Shown here piece by piece: positions 60,020 through 64,000 of a stretch of DNA of 64,000 bases. The stretch comes from Vicugna vicugna. Its lineage: Eukaryota. The notes beneath the pieces were generated by a model. It was not told where the DNA came from and ran no database searches. It was given only the letters and a program-made list of their open reading frames with translations. The stretch is from positions 2,065,339-2,129,338 of the forward strand of contig MU061538.1 in the NCBI GenBank assembly GCA_013265495.1. The letters are read 5' to 3'. Each line of letters starts with the position of its first letter. The stretch's first letter is position 1. A program made the translations under genes and the position numbers.

Positions 60020-60545
60020 TTTTAAAAATTGAAGTACAGTTGATGTACAATGTTACATGTTACAGGTGTGTAGGATAGTGATTCACAGTTTCGAGGGTTA
60101 TACTCCGTTTATAGTTGCTATAAAGCACTGGCCACGTTCCCCCTGCTGCGCAGCACGTCCGTGCAGCTTATTTTACCCTGAGACTTTGCACCTCTTACTC
60201 CCCCCCCGCCTTGCCCCTCCCCCTCCCCGCTGGTACCACGAGTTCCTTCTCTGCCTCTGTGAGCCGGTTTCTTTTCTGCTATATTCGCTAGTTCGTTGTA
60301 TTTTTCAGATTCCACACGTAAGTGGTATCTTACAGTATCTGTCTTTCTCTGTCTGCCTTACTTCACTCGGCATGATGCCCTCCGAGTCCATCCATGCTGC
60401 ACCCCAGAAACTAACACAACATTTTATATCAACTGTACTTCAATTTAAAAGCAAACAACCCATTAAAAACAGGGCAGAAGAACTGAACATTTTTCCGAAA
60501 GAGGAAATGCAGATGCCCACAGGAACATGAGAAGTTGCTCAACAT
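60020..60545. mobile_element. Cluster of L1 fragments (minus-strand 3'UTR 60020-60400; plus-strand 3' tip and ORF2 piece 60400-60545)
   Basis: aaattgaagtacagttgat...cagattccacacgtaagtggtatc...ttacttcactcggcatgatgccctcc (antisense L1 end), followed by aaacaacccattaaaaacagggcagaagaactgaac (sense ORF2). Confidence 0.8.
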
Positions 60546-63039
60546 CAAGAGGTTTTGACTTTTTTTTTAACATACGTTTGGGAGACCTTTTTTCAATAAA
60601 ATAGCCCACCACGCCTGTTACCTAAGGGACCCGAATACCCCCAGGTTGTCCAGCCCGGGCCGTTATTTCCTTCGCTTGGCAAATAACTGGTCGGTGCAGA
60701 CCCCTCGTGAACACAGGGGTGCGGCCTTTGGTCTGACTCCCTCCACACATGTCTCTGCTCCCAAAGAAGACACGCCTGTTCTAAGAACTCTCTGGGCTGG
60801 GGCTTGTCACCCTAGGAGGGCTTCTCACTGCAGCCCGTGCCACCCCGCTGCTGCCCCAGCACACTTGCCAGCCTCCCCTAATGCTCCCCAGAGCCACCGA
60901 CTCAGGCTTAAAGGGACGAGACTTTACTGAAGGCTGAGGGGGAGGCCGCCCGCGTCTCAGCTCCGTCTCCACACGTGCTCACGTGCACTGCCGACCTGCA
61001 GCGCCCCTCCGTTGGGACACTCTCCTCTGGGCAGTCCTCTCGCTGGCATCAGCCCCTGCTGTCCAGCTCTCTAGTGAGGCTATTATAAAAACAGCTGTAT
61101 TTCTGACAAGTATATCTACACGTCTTCTCTCCCTGTTGGGCCGTCCCCCTGGACACAGAAACTCCGTCTTACTCACCTGTTGGTAAATCAGCTGGGAATG
61201 AATTCAGTGGCAGTTGTGAGCAAACCACCCTCCAGTGATAGAGCTCCTTCCGGTTTGCTTATTCACCCCGTGATGTGAGGTCCGCAGGCAGGTGGTCCAG
61301 GATTGGTCCAGCGGCTCAACAACGCTGCAGGGGCCCAGCTCTTTCCTTCTAAGCTGCTCTCAGGGTCCCGCCAAAAAAAAAGGACGGTGTCCTCAGCTGG
61401 GTGGGCGAGGAGAGAAACACAGGGTGATCTACTGTACAAAGGACAGGAAAGGTTCAGGGAGGCCAACACGGGCTGGAGAAGCATCCCAGGCAGCCGTTCC
61501 CACCCCCAGCCTGATGGGGCAGAGGGAGGGGCAGGCAGCAGAATGCGGAGGGAGCCGTGGCCACGGCTGCAGCGGGCGGAGGCAGTCGGAAAGCAGCTGT
61601 GGCCTTCAGAAGACCAGGGAGGAGCAAGAAATGAGCCCAGTCTTCCTCCCTCCCCCCACTCCCACTGGTGCCTCCCAGCTTCCTCTTCGAATGAACCCAG
61701 CTGGAAGGCAGAGCATAAGAAAGCACTGATGCTGCCCATACAGGCCAGCGCCTGGCCGAGCGGAGGTGAGTGGACGGCGAATCTGGAGGAGCGATGGCCT
61801 GCGCCCAGTCCTCTGCCACCCTTAGAGTGCGAGCTTTTCACCTGCTACCTGTCCATCACTTCATGGTTTCAGTAGGGCGGCAGAACTCCGGGCATCATGC
61901 ATGTGTCCCAGCCAGTGACAACTGGGGAAAGCAAGGAGACAGAGGCTTCTGTGAACTGCTTTGGCCCTTTGTATCAGGAAAGCACAGATCTCCCGGAAGC
62001 CCCACCAGCAGACCTCCACTCACACCTCATGGGCAGAACTGGGTCCCTAGTTCCCGCTCTTAAGGTTGAAACACAAGAGGCCATCAGCTCCCAGAGACGC
62101 TCCCCAGTGTCAGGCCGTCCATCAAGGGCCTCAGAACCAGGAAACCTGGAGGGCCTGCCCGGAGGAAGCGAGTAATAAACTATGAACCAACGAACAGCAC
62201 AAAGGACAGCGTTGCTGGTCACCGTGTCAGACACCAGGAAACTCTGCAAAACACAGACAGAAGTAAGTCACGGTCTTCAACTGACAGCCTAAGCCTAAGG
62301 AGGTTGTCGCGTGCCATTCTTCTTACTCCTTGTAACCCGCAGGAGAGACCGCCTGCCTTCAGAATCTATCAGAAAGATGTTTCTGTTGAGGTGCAGTCCA
62401 TTCACAACGTTGTGTCAAGTTCTGGGGTGCAGCACAGTGCTTCAGCCATACCAGACATGCGTCTACTCATTTTCATACTCTTTTTCACCATGAAGGATCG
62501 TGTTTTTAAAGCAGAACTTCAAGTGGCACCACAAGGTTTTACCCTGAAACGGAAGGACCTGGAGCGGAAACCCGTGCGCGGCCTCCTGCTCGCCTTGGCT
62601 GATCCGTTGGCGTGGTTTGCCGGGAGCCCCTGTGCTGGTGCCGCGAGGGAGATGCAGGGAGCTAGGTCCTGTTCCACAACGGCTGAGTGTGCGGAGCAGG
62701 AGGGGTGAGGGGCTGTCACCGGATGAGGGGCGGCGAGCTGTGCCCGGAGGTCCCCGAGCAGGACGCGGGGCCAGCAGAGGTGAGAGGGTGAGGGTGTCGA
62801 CGAGGCCAGGCCTTGGGGACATGGGAGCGCTGGGATCCCGGGCCGGGTGAACTGGGGGTAGAGGACACCCCACCCCGGTCACCATCAGTTCTCTGTTGCT
62901 GATCTTGAGCGATCATTTCCTGGCCAAACACAGCCTCCGGTCACCGAGGAACTGGTGGGGCGGGGACGGGGTTAGCAGGTGGTCCTTGATTCTCTTTCTC
63001 TGCCTCATTTACATGCACAGCGTTGCTCCCTGTTGAGTC

Positions 63040-63430
63040 CTTGGAGTGTGTGTGCGTGCAAGTGAGTGTATGTACGGACGTGCACTGTGCATGTGTGCAC
63101 GCGCACATGTAAGTATGCATATGTGTGTCCACGTATATGTGAGTGGATTTGCATACATGCATGTGCAGGGTGTGTTGTGTGTGTGCATTGTGTACACGTA
63201 TGTGCATACACGTGTGCATGCATGTATGCCACACACGTTTTGTGCATACATGTCATGTGCATGTGTGCGCACATACATGCATATACACGTATGTTTCCAC
63301 GTGCGCGTGTGTGTACACGCGTGTAGTATGTCCATGCATGGAGATGTATATTGCAGACACACACGTGAAACACATTGCACACACGTGTATGCATGTTTAT
63401 ATGCATGTGTGCGTGCACAACATGTGTGTG
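63040..63430. repeat. Low-complexity alternating purine-pyrimidine (TG/CA-rich) tract
   Basis: gtgtgtgcgtgcaagtgagtgtatgtacggacgtgcactgtgcatgtgtgcacgcgcacatg... for ~390 bp. Confidence 0.9.
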
Positions 63431-63809
63431 AGTGTCTGTGTCCCTGGACTGAGACCCTTCGGGTTGGGAGTTGCACCTGCGCATGAAGCGACTAGAATGG
63501 GGTGAATTCTAGGATCGCCGCGGCACCCTGACTTTCTTGTGACCCTGACATGAACCAACTCAGTCCAAGGGAACGGGCAGCCCCAGTCGGATGGCGGGCA
63601 GCCTCCCTCCTAGGACACCCCAGCACCACTCGTCTGCCTGGCCTCACCATGACCTGCCACCTCCCTCCCTGGACAGTGCCCAGCCCGGTGCCGACAGGTC
63701 TCCTGCATTAGGTCAGGCACGGCCAGTGCATTTCTTGACTGACTCAAGCACCAAGCACGGGCCAGCCTTTAGCACACTTCCTCATGTAAACCCCACTCAC
63801 CCTCAGAAA

Positions 63810-63920
63810 CAGGCAGACAGTGCGAGGACACAGATTCAGAAAGGTTAAGTGACTTTCCCAAGGGCACACAACAGGGCTTTGAGTGGAGGTTTTGACTCCG
63901 AATTTGGAGCTCATTCCGTT
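63810..63920 (-). mobile_element. MIR remnant
   Basis: acacagattcagaaaggttaagtgactttcccaagggcacaca...ggttttgactcc. Confidence 0.7.
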
Positions 63921-64000
63921 ACACTCCCCTGGTTTTGCTGATCACGGTCCTGAGCAGGATGAGGGCTTGGTTGCCTTCCATGAGGTCAGCTTGGGAAGAC

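Noticed and set aside
63005-63505. His/Cys-rich ORFs resembling metal-binding proteins
   Set aside because: They are translations of TG/CA low-complexity sequence and are open in several frames on both strands.
1-64000. A second protein-coding gene (e.g. EN2, HTR5A, PAXIP1 or CNPY1 by human synteny) or a prokaryote-type system
   Set aside because: No ORF or hand-translated segment resembles these proteins, and the remaining ORFs have random GC-rich composition.

Overview
This is mammalian genomic DNA, almost certainly from a camelid (alpaca, llama or camel), judged from five camelid-type tRNA-derived SINEs. It is GC-rich and contains one 132-nt assembly gap. The only protein-coding gene I can support is a complete INSIG1 on the minus strand. 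It has a non-coding exon 1 (~42060-41974) and coding exons at 41316-40929, 38249-38125, 37038-36872, 36545-36446 and 32771-32742. All introns are GT-AG, and the 810-nt CDS gives a 269-aa protein. It also has a ~1.85 kb 3'UTR and a TATA/E-box/GC-box/CCAAT CpG-island promoter. The rest is intergenic and rich in repeats: MaLR/ERVL and ERV1 LTRs, L1, L2, MIR, MER5/MER20 and SINEs. It also holds a retroposed U6 pseudogene with target-site duplications (TSDs), two GC-rich minisatellites and two orphan CpG-rich islands. Nearly all other ORFs in the supplied track are chance ORFs of GC-rich or repetitive sequence. I found no demonstrable new biological system and nothing prokaryote-like such as CRISPR or operons. 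The best leads are four. (1) An orphan promoter at ~6 kb with YY1, NRF1, Sp1 and TATA motifs in textbook order. (2) Two same-family solo LTRs inserted independently tail-to-tail 266 bp apart, forming a long inverted repeat. (3) An AT-rich block ending in ATTAAA plus A14 that looks like a retroposed mRNA 3' end. (4) An NF-Y/E-box/SRE-like module inside INSIG1 intron 2. Repeat-family names come from recalled consensus sequences, and repeat boundaries are approximate unless TSDs are given.
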